DNA of 36,966 nt, taken from positions 1-36,966 of IMG/VR virus record IMGVR_UViG_3300037586_003684, one strand, 5' to 3'. Positions 8,507 to 15,982 of the stretch are shown one piece after another. Numbering within the stretch: position 1 is the stretch's first letter; each line of letters starts with the position of its first letter. The DNA comes from a virus (taxonomy: Duplodnaviria; Caudoviricetes). The notes below the pieces were generated by a model that searched no databases, was not told the origin of the DNA, and worked only from the letters and a program-made list of their open reading frames with translations. A program made the translations under genes and the position numbers.

Positions 8507-10549
8507 ATGCCTGACTCGGCAGTCGGCTCGAGGACCAGCCTCGATCTGCTGCAGGGAGTTCGCTCGCGTCTACAACAAGCGTCACGTGGTGACATCGCCG
8601 CCATCTGGTCGGACCTCCAAGAAGTCGAGGTGCTCGAACAGCTCTCGGCGGAGTGGGGGGATGCACTACGCGCAGAGTTCACGGTCATCGAGTCGATACC
8701 CGGTTGCGCCCAGCGGACCCGTACCCTGGTACGTTCCGTCGAACGTCTCGTCGAAGAGAACCGTAGTCGCCAGATTCGGGCGCAGATGGCTCAGCTCGAG
8801 CAGCAGATCTCTGTGGTCACGTCGCTCTCGGCAGAGCTCGATGTGCCGCCCGCAGTTGTCCCTGCTCCATGCCTCGCCCAGCTTCACGTCCCCTCTGGTT
8901 ACCGGGTCAACGCTCGTGGTGTGTTCCGCGTGCGCCCCACCGAAGAGGGAGAGATCAGCGAGACCGTCATCGCACCTGCCCCCATCTTCCTGTCCAGGCG
9001 CTCACACGATGTGTTGACGGGTGAGTCCAAGCGTGAGGTGGTATGGCATGGTGCCAGTGGTTGGTGCTCTCGAGTGGTCGACCGTCGCACCATCATGGAC
9101 GCGCGCAAGATCATCGAGCTGACCGACTTCGATGCGCCCATCAACTCCAACGTCACCTCTGCCGTGGTCGCCTACCTGGCGGACTTCGAGGCAGAGAACG
9201 CCCACAGGCTTCCTGCCACCCTGTCGTCCTCGCGCATGGGCTGGCTACCTGACGGCTCGTTCCTGTTGCACGACAGGCACTACACCCAGGACGAGAGCGT
9301 CGGCTATGCCCTGACGCCTCCACCTGGTCACGAGAAGGCAGCGAGTGGTTGGTGTGCGTCCGGTGAGTGGGAGAAGTGGCAGGAAGCTGTCGAGCTCGTG
9401 AAGGACTATCCCTACATGATGGTCTCCATCTACGCGAGCTGTGCGGCTCCGCTGCTCGAGGTGCTGGGGGTGCAGGGCTTCGTCCTCGACTTCTCTGGTG
9501 AGACCAGTGGCGGTAAGACCACCGCACTCAGGCTCGCAGCCAGTGTGTGGGGCAAGGCAGCAGACACCTACCCGACTGCAATCTACGGCTGGGATGCGAC
9601 CAAGGTATGGATCGAGCGAACCGCTGGGTTCCTGCACAACCTGCCACTCATCCTCGACGAGACCAAGCGGGCCAAGCATCCAAGCGTCGTGCGCGATGTC
9701 ATCTATGACTTCGTCCAGGGACAGGGTCGAGGCCGTGGCTCGGTCGATGGAACCCGACAGACCCATAGCTGGCGCAGCATCCTCATCTCCAGCGGTGAGG
9801 GCGCAGCCACCAGCTTCAGCCAGGACGCAGGAACGCGCGCTCGAGTCATCAGCCTGCGCGGCAAGCCGCTGGGCAACGATGCCGTCGTCGGCGGACAGAT
9901 CAGTGAGGACGTGCAGACCATCCTCGCTCGGCACCATGGACACCTCGGTCGGATGGTGGTCGAGTACCTGGTGAGCAACCAGCAGAACTACGAGACGTTC
10001 ATCGAGGTGTTCCGCAAGACCAGGGACCACTACGCCAAGTCGGCAGGCAATGCTGTGGCGCGTCGACAGTCCTCGCACATGGCCGTGCTCGAGGTGGCCG
10101 CCAGCATCGCACACTCGCTGGGGTTGCCTCGTCCAGACGTCGACCCGTTCATGTGTCTGATCGAGTCAGCAGAGAGGGCAGGTCGAGATGCCGACCGTCC
10201 GCTCGCTGCCATGCAGGACGTGGTCTCATGGTGCGCAGTCAACCAGACGAAGTTCTGGGGACGTCACAACAAGCGGTCTGACAACACCACTGTCGCTCCG
10301 CACAACGGTTGGGCTGGTGCGTGGCCTGGCTCGACGAACTGGAGTGAGGTCGGCCTGACCAGCACAGAGCTCCGACGCATCCTACGAACCCACGAGTACG
10401 ACTTCTCCGAGATCGTGGACCGCTGGGTCGAGCGCAAGTGGCTCAGGGTAGGCGGGAGCAGGACGACCAGGCCGCTTCGTATCGATGGGATGCAGGTGCG
10501 CTGCTACTGTCTGCGACGAGACGTGGTCGAGATGCTCATAGAAGACTGA
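8507..10549 (+). CDS. DUF927-domain, Cch/MCM-like replicative helicase
   Basis: SSRMGW...F, Walker A SGETSGGKTT, Walker B LPLILDE, GQGRGRG, W..ILISSGE, GTRARV: typical DUF927/Cch pattern. GGAGG at 8495-8499 supports ATG 8507. Confidence 0.85.
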   Translation: MPDSAVGSRTSLDLLQGVRSRLQQASRGDIAAIWSDLQEVEVLEQLSAEWGDALRAEFTVIESIPGCAQRTRTLVRSVERLVEENRSRQIRAQMAQLEQQISVVTSLSAELDVPPAVVPAPCLAQLHVPSGYRVNARGVFRVRPTEEGEISETVIAPAPIFLSRRSHDVLTGESKREVVWHGASGWCSRVVDRRTIMDARKIIELTDFDAPINSNVTSAVVAYLADFEAENAHRLPATLSSSRMGWLPDGSFLLHDRHYTQDESVGYALTPPPGHEKAASGWCASGEWEKWQEAVELVKDYPYMMVSIYASCAAPLLEVLGVQGFVLDFSGETSGGKTTALRLAASVWGKAADTYPTAIYGWDATKVWIERTAGFLHNLPLILDETKRAKHPSVVRDVIYDFVQGQGRGRGSVDGTRQTHSWRSILISSGEGAATSFSQDAGTRARVISLRGKPLGNDAVVGGQISEDVQTILARHHGHLGRMVVEYLVSNQQNYETFIEVFRKTRDHYAKSAGNAVARRQSSHMAVLEVAASIAHSLGLPRPDVDPFMCLIESAERAGRDADRPLAAMQDVVSWCAVNQTKFWGRHNKRSDNTTVAPHNGWAGAWPGSTNWSEVGLTSTELRRILRTHEYDFSEIVDRWVERKWLRVGGSRTTRPLRIDGMQVRCYCLRRDVVEMLIED

Positions 10550-10551
10550 CG

Positions 10552-10821
10552 CTACGCCTCGAGACCGAGCATCAACGAGGCCGTGCGCCACTTCGACTCC
10601 AGCGAATCATCGGTAGCTATCAGTGCATCGAGGTCATCGTCGGTCAGGTCGTCAACCGTAGTCCAGGCAAGGTCGACCTCCGACTGCTGCAGGAGCAACT
10701 CGGTCACCGCCGCACCGTAGATGATGCCTGCACACAACGTCTCTGCGAAGTAGTCTGCGTCTGCGAATGGTCCAACAGTGTTCACGGTGGGTCTCCAGGT
10801 TGCGAGGTAGGGTCGCTTCAC
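10552..10821 (-). CDS. Hypothetical protein (89 aa)
   Basis: Last gene of a leftward cluster, converging on the helicase stop. Confidence 0.55.
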   Translation of the reverse strand: MKRPYLATWRPTVNTVGPFADADYFAETLCAGIIYGAAVTELLLQQSEVDLAWTTVDDLTDDDLDALIATDDSLESKWRTASLMLGLEA

Positions 10822-10877
10822 ACAGCTTCCCTGACGATGCCTCGCCTCACCGATCCAGTTGTTGTGCAGATCATGGA

Positions 10878-10979
10878 CAGGCGCGGAACACAGAGCTGAT
10901 GAAATCCTGCACGACGTGTCGTACTCGAGGAGAGCAGACTTGCGGCTGGATGCCGCGGTTGGAGATCAGCTCGCGCCTG
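10878..10979 (-). ncRNA. Putative structured intergenic RNA (three-way junction)
   Basis: Nested stems CAGGCGCG/CGCGCCTG and AGCTGAT/ATCAGCT enclose GCGGC/GCCGC and TCCT..GTACGAC/GTCGTGC..AGGA arms; a G-U pair forms only on the minus strand; no plausible ORF start covers it. Confidence 0.45.
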
Positions 10980-10984
10980 AGGGA

Positions 10985-11113
10985 TTAGAAGATTGCAACA
11001 TAATAGATGTAGAGGACGAACAGTTGAAAGGTGACCACGAGTACTCTCGTCACCATATCGGTAACAGGGTCATCGATGAAGTTCATGTCGTTGTTCGGGT
11101 CTCGAATCTTCAT
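10985..11113 (-). CDS. Small membrane protein (42 aa, MKIRDPNND...VLVVTFQLFVLYIYYVAIF)
   Basis: GAGGAG RBS, TAATG overlap with the upstream stop, hydrophobic C-terminus; below the ORF-track cutoff. Confidence 0.55.
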   Translation of the reverse strand: MKIRDPNNDMNFIDDPVTDMVTRVLVVTFQLFVLYIYYVAIF

Positions 11114-11244
11114 TACTTACTCCTCGTGAATCGGCGCCAGTCGTGGGTACCACAGGCGCACTTGGTTGTGGGTTGTCTCGAGTCGGGAGCCAGAGCCCCG
11201 CACCCATTGCACACGTAGATGATCATCACTGCCTCAGGGTTCAT
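11113..11244 (-). CDS. Small Zn-finger-like protein (43 aa, CNGC...CAC)
   Basis: GAGG RBS; ATGA-type coupling; Cys motifs. Confidence 0.5.
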   Translation of the reverse strand: MNPEAVMIIYVCNGCGALAPDSRQPTTKCACGTHDWRRFTRSK

Positions 11245-11311
11245 CGTAAGCCTCGTTCGTTCAGCCACTCGTGGCTGTGGCAACGCCTGCACACATGGAT
11301 GGTCATCCACA

Positions 11312-11524
11312 TCACGCGCCTCCTGCTTCGTGGCAGTCGCGGCACTGCACCTCGTCCTCTGTCCACGATGGGTCGCCCCACTCGTCGATGTCCACAGCGT
11401 CGAAGTCGAGGCCGCACTCTCCGCACCATAGGGTGAGCTCACCGAAGAGGTAGTGCCTCTGCTGAGCGGGAGTCATGCTCGCCGTGACCCTCTGGACCTC
11501 GTAGTACTCGTCGGAGTGTCTCAT
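11312..11524 (-). CDS. Small CxxC...CxxC protein (70 aa)
   Basis: CGEC and CRDC pairs; ATGA overlap with the upstream gene. Confidence 0.65.
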   Translation of the reverse strand: MRHSDEYYEVQRVTASMTPAQQRHYLFGELTLWCGECGLDFDAVDIDEWGDPSWTEDEVQCRDCHEAGGA

Positions 11525-11775
11525 CCTTCACATCCCTCGAGGCGCGCGACCAGGAGGTGAGTCGGCAGCAGCCATGAGAGGTGCTCGATGTTCCAGCCTG
11601 CCTCCCACATTTCGTCGCAGTGGTTGTCGAGGAGGTGGTCCAGCGCCTCGGCGATGCGACCATCCACCATGTCCGCGAACATGAACGTAATCACAGTGCG
11701 TGGGATCAACCGCCCAGGGGAGGCGCTGTGCTCCTCGATGATTGCAGTCCACTGGACAACCGGAAGGCGCTTCAT
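11521..11775 (-). CDS. Hypothetical protein (84 aa)
   Basis: GAGGAGG RBS; ATGA overlaps at both ends. Confidence 0.7.
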   Translation of the reverse strand: MKRLPVVQWTAIIEEHSASPGRLIPRTVITFMFADMVDGRIAEALDHLLDNHCDEMWEAGWNIEHLSWLLPTHLLVARLEGCEG

Positions 11776-12071
11776 GATGCCTCCTCGAGTTCATCCCTGG
11801 ACTCGATGTTGATGTCGGAACTACACGTACCGACGATTGCGTGGGTTTCATTCCATGACCAGACCTCTGCTGTGTTGCGCGGGTCGGCTCCTCCGAACGT
11901 CGGGAGGTTGTCCCACGGCCCCACGCTCGGGTGGTCAGCCCTCATCAGGTCGAACAGTTCTCGCAGCGAGCTGACGAGGGGACTCACGCCATCGCACACG
12001 ACCGTGGTGTTCTCGCGACCGTCTCTGACGACCACATCCCCTATGTTGATTTCATTCCAGTGCCTGATCAT
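11772..12071 (-). CDS. Hypothetical protein (99 aa, MIRHWNE...)
   Basis: AGGAGG RBS before ATG 12071; follows bipartite motif copy 2. Confidence 0.7.
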   Translation of the reverse strand: MIRHWNEINIGDVVVRDGRENTTVVCDGVSPLVSSLRELFDLMRADHPSVGPWDNLPTFGGADPRNTAEVWSWNETHAIVGTCSSDINIESRDELEEAS

Positions 12072-12087
12072 GCTGTCCTCCTGTAGA

Positions 12088-12124
12088 TAAGAACGATTCG
12101 AGTGTGAGAAAGCGGACACGAGTC
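12088..12124 (-). promoter_or_regulatory. Bipartite conserved upstream motif, copy 2
   Basis: Minus strand GACTCGTGTCCGC-N10-TCGAATCGTTCTTA; 26 of 27 box positions identical to 6695-6731. Confidence 0.6.
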
Positions 12125-12135
12125 CGTGAGAAAGT

Positions 12136-12642
12136 TCAAGTGGGGCGGATGGGCATGATGATAGCGAGGGTGCCACCGTCACCGCGTACCAGCAGTGGGC
12201 CCGAGGGCTTGCTGCCCTGCATCAGCGTGTTGCTCCCCGTGAACCTCCGTGCCACCTCGAGGTAGACAGGGTTCAGTTGCCAGCCCGTCGACAGGTGAAG
12301 GTGTTCACCCTCGCGCCCGACCACAGAGACCTCGCTCAGAGGCTCTTGCGGCATGACCTGCTCGATAGTGGGGCCGCCGCTGACGTCGTGCTCCTCCTCA
12401 CCCACGTCGATGGGTCCGAACAGCATCCGACCATCGGAGGCGTAGACGTCGCCGCTGTCGCTCTTGACGACGAGGGCTTGGTCCAGGCTCACGGGTCCGA
12501 ACTTGGCGCGTTTGGGCCCGAAGACCGCGAAGTCCGTAGAGTATGCGTGGTACTCTCGTGCGGCAACGATGCCTTCGGTGAGAGCAGTCAGGTTCTTGTG
12601 GAGCGCCGAAGCAGCGCGCTTGATCTTGGGGTCGGTAGTCAT
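12136..12642 (-). CDS. Protein with beta-sliding-clamp-like C-terminal segment (168 aa)
   Basis: LNPVYL...P.GPLLV...AIIMPIR resembles the C-terminus of DnaN-like clamp domains (FNxxYL...hhMPhR); GGAG RBS. Confidence 0.45.
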   Translation of the reverse strand: MTTDPKIKRAASALHKNLTALTEGIVAAREYHAYSTDFAVFGPKRAKFGPVSLDQALVVKSDSGDVYASDGRMLFGPIDVGEEEHDVSGGPTIEQVMPQEPLSEVSVVGREGEHLHLSTGWQLNPVYLEVARRFTGSNTLMQGSKPSGPLLVRGDGGTLAIIMPIRPT

Positions 12643-12643
12643 G

Positions 12644-12769
12644 TCAGTCTCCGGGGGTCTGGAAGTTGCCTTGTGGGTCAGGGATGTAGCAGTCGGAACA
12701 CAGGTACTCGCTGTCGCACGTCTCGCACTCAGTGGCAGGTCCAGCGTGTCGATAGGTGAGGGTGGTCAT
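12644..12769 (-). CDS. Cys-rich microprotein (41 aa, CETC...CSDC)
   Basis: First ORF after promoter 12808-12836; AAGGGGAG RBS; below the ORF-track cutoff. Confidence 0.6.
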   Translation of the reverse strand: MTTLTYRHAGPATECETCDSEYLCSDCYIPDPQGNFQTPGD

Positions 12770-12807
12770 GTCGGCTCCCCTTGTGTGTCTGTCTGGGTGG
12801 TGTAGAG

Positions 12808-12836
12808 TTTATACCGTGTTGGAAATCAGGTGGCAA
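12808..12836 (-). promoter_or_regulatory. sigma70-type leftward promoter
   Basis: TTGCCA-17-TATAAA with an AT-rich upstream tract; spacer carries the CCAACACGG box. Confidence 0.7.
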
Positions 12837-12941
12837 GTAAAAAATGAGGGGTCAAAAGTGATACGCGTTGACGTGTCAAATAATAAGCGGACAAAATCTG
12901 TCCGACTTGGCCCAAAGTCCAGGGCAAACCTGACTTATGAC

Positions 12942-13344
12942 GTGGTACACCTGGCGGTATCATGGTGTACCAGTCGAAAAGCCAAGGAAGAACCTGGGTT
13001 ATCACCCGTTGAACCTACCCTGCGTGTGACCCGAAGTGGTACCGCCCCGATCTAGGTAGAACCTGGGTTATCGGGCGGTGGTACACCTGGTACACCATTT
13101 TTACAGTACATAGACGTATATGAGAGAACTGCTTGCGGTTGGGGGTCTACTAATTTCATCCGTGTTGGTATCGTATCTGTTTGTACTCACTCCAAGCCTA
13201 CTACAACCGTGAGCGCTGACCCTATGACCTGTTCTCAGAGGTGTACCAAGTGTACCAAGTGTACCAGTGATTTAATTGCTTCCTGATCCCAGTGCTTTAG
13301 AGTGTGACCGCAGACGGAATGTCGGGTCACAGGTGGTACCAGTG
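12942..13344. repeat. Iteron-like repeat cluster, putative replication origin
   Basis: TGGTACAC/GTGTACCA units in both orientations (12942, 12964, two in tandem at 13078-13096, three at 9-bp period 13241/13250/13259, variant at 13332) around an AT-richer core; 15-bp direct repeat AGAACCTGGGTTATC at 12989 and 13058; non-coding. Confidence 0.6.
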
Positions 13345-13350
13345 TTTTCG

Positions 13351-13359
13351 TGTTAATAT
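13351..13359 (+). promoter_or_regulatory. Extended -10 promoter giving a leaderless terS mRNA
   Basis: TG-t-TAATAT, then 6 nt, then ATG 13366; no SD. Confidence 0.5.
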
Positions 13360-13365
13360 ATCGAC

Positions 13366-13905
13366 ATGTCAGACGAAATAATCGACATGACGGACGAGGT
13401 GTCACCGCTGTCCCAGCCGCTTGAGCTGGTTCCGAGTACGACCGTGGAGCCGACGGAGCCAGAAGTGGTCGGTATGATCATCGAAGAGGCGCAGTTTGCG
13501 AGCGAGATCGAACGTCAGGCTGCTGCGATCCGTCTCCTCGAGGCAGGATATACGATCCGTGTGGTTGCCAGGAAATTAAGTATGCGGCCTTCAACGCTCT
13601 GGAGGTGGGCCCAGAGCGAGGATGCACGCGATGCGATGGAGAAAGGGCGTCAATTACGCGCACAAAAGATCGGCCAGGAGCTTGAACACGCAGCCGAGTG
13701 CGCAATTACGACATTAATTGACGTGTCTGCAGACGATGCAGTTAATCCGAGGGACCGAGTGCGCGCCTCGGAGGCGATATTAGACCGGTGCGGCATGGCA
13801 AATGTCGCAAATAACGACATTAACACTGTCGCTGTCGCTGTTGACATCGACTTTGACGAGCGATTGGCCAGGATAGTGGCCGGATCGCGCCCGCAGGAGA
13901 AATAA
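13366..13905 (+). CDS. terS: Probable terminase small subunit (HTH)
   Basis: N-terminal HTH (AIRLLEAGYTIRVVARKLSMRPSTLWRW), then A..TL..V, RVRASEAILDRCG and a C-terminal V.VDI strand typical of phage TerS. Confidence 0.65.
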   Translation: MSDEIIDMTDEVSPLSQPLELVPSTTVEPTEPEVVGMIIEEAQFASEIERQAAAIRLLEAGYTIRVVARKLSMRPSTLWRWAQSEDARDAMEKGRQLRAQKIGQELEHAAECAITTLIDVSADDAVNPRDRVRASEAILDRCGMANVANNDINTVAVAVDIDFDERLARIVAGSRPQEK

Positions 13906-14183
13906 TGCACGGATCCTGTCCCCCCGGCGCACACGATGCGCTAATTAATGCGCGCATGGACGCCGGACACCCGGATTTCACCGGTCCGACCCTCATTATC
14001 GCGAAGAAACAGGCGATGGAGGGGCCAGAGGCCGAGTCTGCGCCCCAGGAAGCCGGTAAAAGCGCCGATCAGCTCCGGCAGATGGCCTCAGACCTCCTCG
14101 AGACTGCCGCAGAGCAGTCAGCACGCGCTGACGAGCTCAATGCGCTGGCTGATTCGCTTGATCAGCCCCAGCACGCCGAGTAG
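13905..14183 (+). CDS. Hypothetical protein (92 aa, coiled C-terminus)
   Basis: TAATG overlap; CAGGAG RBS. Confidence 0.65.
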   Translation: MHGSCPPGAHDALINARMDAGHPDFTGPTLIIAKKQAMEGPEAESAPQEAGKSADQLRQMASDLLETAAEQSARADELNALADSLDQPQHAE

Positions 14184-14186
14184 TAC

Positions 14187-14275
14187 AGAGAAAACGGCGC
14201 CCCGCCGACTCGCACAAGGGGTAAAGGCGAACCTGCGGGGCGCACGAGTAGTTTGACTGGTCCAATCCCCGGACC
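14187..14275 (-). ncRNA. Small antisense regulatory RNA (~88 nt, two hairpins) complementary to multiple phage translation-initiation regions
   Basis: Own promoter (14282-14310). 5' hairpin GGUCC-GGGGAUU-GGACC begins at the predicted +1. Second hairpin GCGCCCCGC.GGUUCGC-CUUUACCCCUUGU-GCGAGUC.GCGGGGCGC (G-U pairs only on the minus strand) is followed by UUUUCUCU. Loops match many start regions (see findings). Confidence 0.8.
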
Positions 14276-14281
14276 ACCACC

Positions 14282-14310
14282 AATCTACTCTGGCGTTATC
14301 ATGCTGTCAA
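14282..14310 (-). promoter_or_regulatory. Near-consensus sigma70 promoter of the sRNA
   Basis: TTGACA (14310-14305)-17-TAGATT (14287-14282); the -35 lies in the last codons of the upstream CDS. Confidence 0.85.
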
Positions 14311-14703
14311 GCGTACCAACGTCCCGTCGAGCACACCCCGGAGTACCGCCCGGACTTCGTCCATGTCTACCCGGAAGACCAGGTCGTCCGACTCGGCCTG
14401 GAGGCGCTCGGCTGTCTCGAGTGCGCTGGTTAGCGCCCGGCGCTCCGACTGGTCCGCCGCACCGTAGTGCTCCCGGCGATCCCGGCTCACCCGGAGCGCA
14501 TCGTGCGCGTCGTAGACGTCCGCCCGGTCCGTGTACCGGCGGTACTCGTACCTGTCGAGCTGGGTGTAGATGAGGTCATCCGTGTCGGTGATGATCTCGT
14601 TGACCCTGTTGTCGTCGTCGTACTGGTGCTCGTGGCGCACCATCTCTTCGGCCTGACTGACGAGCCAGCTAAGGGTATCGAGTGGGACGGTTACTTCTCG
14701 CAT
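14299..14703 (-). CDS. Hypothetical early protein (134 aa, acidic)
   Basis: CAAGGGGAG RBS before ATG 14703. Confidence 0.75.
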   Translation of the reverse strand: MREVTVPLDTLSWLVSQAEEMVRHEHQYDDDNRVNEIITDTDDLIYTQLDRYEYRRYTDRADVYDAHDALRVSRDRREHYGAADQSERRALTSALETAERLQAESDDLVFRVDMDEVRAVLRGVLDGTLVRLTA

Positions 14704-14761
14704 GCTTGCTCCCCTTGATTGAGCGTACGAACCCGACTTCACGCCGGGGCGCTCTGATTTA

Positions 14762-14790
14762 ATGTTAATGAGTCTTGAGGCCGGAGTCAA
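14762..14790 (-). promoter_or_regulatory. sigma70-type leftward promoter
   Basis: TTGACT-17-TAACAT. Confidence 0.75.
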
Positions 14791-15016
14791 GCCAACTGGC
14801 GGGGTAATCCGCCGGCTCTGCATAGCGCCACCGGAGTACCGTGAGCCCGGCAGCGTTTGACAGCCACCCGGGCACGTCCTGGTCGTTGAGATCTGCGGGA
14901 ACCGAGCGCCATTCTTCCCGTGTTGGCGCTGACCACTTACCGGTCATGACGTATCGGGAGTACGGGCTCATGGCTACCCGGCTCAGGTTAAATGTGACAA
15001 TTACGTCTCTCATCAC
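14765..15016 (-). CDS. Hypothetical early protein (83 aa)
   Basis: GTGA overlap with the upstream gene; purine-rich RBS. Confidence 0.55.
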   Translation of the reverse strand: MMRDVIVTFNLSRVAMSPYSRYVMTGKWSAPTREEWRSVPADLNDQDVPGWLSNAAGLTVLRWRYAEPADYPASWLDSGLKTH

Positions 15017-15537
15017 TCTTCCCCGAACTCGGCGTGGTACTCGGCGTAGGCGTCCAGCACGTCCTGCCGCACCGCATCCACGTCATCGTGGCTCTCGTAC
15101 GTGCGCTCGCTGCTGGCTTCCCAGTCGCTGCCGTCCCAGGCGATGCAGCCCGCCCCCACGCTGCGGATGCGGGTCGTCAGGGGCAGGGCATCGAGCGCCT
15201 CCCTGGAGGGGTCGTGGTAGTAGAGCCGCCGTCCGTCCGCGAGGACGAGCCAGACGTGCTCCAGGCTGTACTTGTCGATGGCGCGTAGCGCACCGCTCAG
15301 AGGCGCGATGCCGATGTGATCGAGGAAGCTCTTGATCGTGTTCACGGGGCAGGGCATGTGGCCCTCCTTGTAGCAGTTGGGGTTGCCGTACTCCCCGCAC
15401 TCGGGGCACTCGGGGCAGGTGCAGGCGCTGTCTGGGTCGGGGTGGTCGGGCCACCCCCGGCAGACCGCGCACTCGGGGTCATCGTCGTAGGGGGTGCCGC
15501 TGCACCCCGCCGGATAGGACCATCCGAAGTTACTCAT
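15013..15537 (-). CDS. Cys-rich early protein (174 aa)
   Basis: MSNFGWSYPAGC...CAVC...CTCPECPECGEYG.PNCY; GGGGAG RBS; ATGA overlap. Confidence 0.75.
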   Translation of the reverse strand: MSNFGWSYPAGCSGTPYDDDPECAVCRGWPDHPDPDSACTCPECPECGEYGNPNCYKEGHMPCPVNTIKSFLDHIGIAPLSGALRAIDKYSLEHVWLVLADGRRLYYHDPSREALDALPLTTRIRSVGAGCIAWDGSDWEASSERTYESHDDVDAVRQDVLDAYAEYHAEFGEE

Positions 15538-15785
15538 ACCCACTCCCCATCGGTTTCCTTGTTGGTGTGTGTTGCGCTGTCTGCGATCCACTCGGTGTCG
15601 TCCAGAGCTGCGCTGGAACCGGCGCAGTCGTCGTGGTCGATGATGAATTCATCGGAGTCTGACCAGTCTTGTCCGTTATTCATCCAATCCAGTGCGCGTT
15701 CCTTCGCCTCATCCTCCGACGATGCCACGACGGTGACCTCATTTACTGCGGTACGTGTGCGGGTTATTGTGACCACGAATTCCAT
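15534..15785 (-). CDS. Acidic early protein (83 aa)
   Basis: CAAGGGGAG RBS; V.V.ASSEDEA.E.A motif common in small phage proteins. Confidence 0.75.
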   Translation of the reverse strand: MEFVVTITRTRTAVNEVTVVASSEDEAKERALDWMNNGQDWSDSDEFIIDHDDCAGSSAALDDTEWIADSATHTNKETDGEWV

Positions 15786-15808
15786 GGCGGCTCCCCTTGT
15801 TGGTGTAT

Positions 15809-15982
15809 TCAATCTATACCGTGTTGGTTGTTCGTGCAAGTTTTATTCGCTTGGCTACCGGTCCGGCGGGCCTCCGGTCCGGTCCGGCTGGCCTGCCGGC
15901 GCGCACAGCTCACCGGCCTGCCGGCCTCGAGCGTGAGCTCCGGGCGCACTTCGGCGCAGACCTGGATGTTGTGCGGGTTCAT
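15809..15982 (-). CDS. Possible 57-aa ORF (MNPHNIQVC...)
   Basis: GGAG RBS before ATG 15982, but it runs through a CCGG-repeat stretch and the next promoter. Confidence 0.3.
   Translation of the reverse strand: MNPHNIQVCAEVRPELTLEAGRPVSCARRQASRTGPEARRTGSQANKTCTNNQHGID
15811..15839 (-). promoter_or_regulatory. sigma70-type leftward promoter
   Basis: TTGCAC-17-TAGATT; spacer carries CCAACACGGTA. Confidence 0.75.

Noticed and set aside
10895-10935. CTGATGA suggesting a hammerhead ribozyme or C/D box
   Set aside because: No GAAA after the would-be stem II, and G-U pairing favours the opposite strand.
12756-13055. 99-aa plus-strand ORF across the promoter/origin region
   Set aside because: No RBS; overlaps a leftward promoter and the repeat array.
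12942-13344. Repeat cluster as a CRISPR array
   Set aside because: Repeats are 8-15 bp, in mixed orientation, without regular unique spacers; no cas genes.
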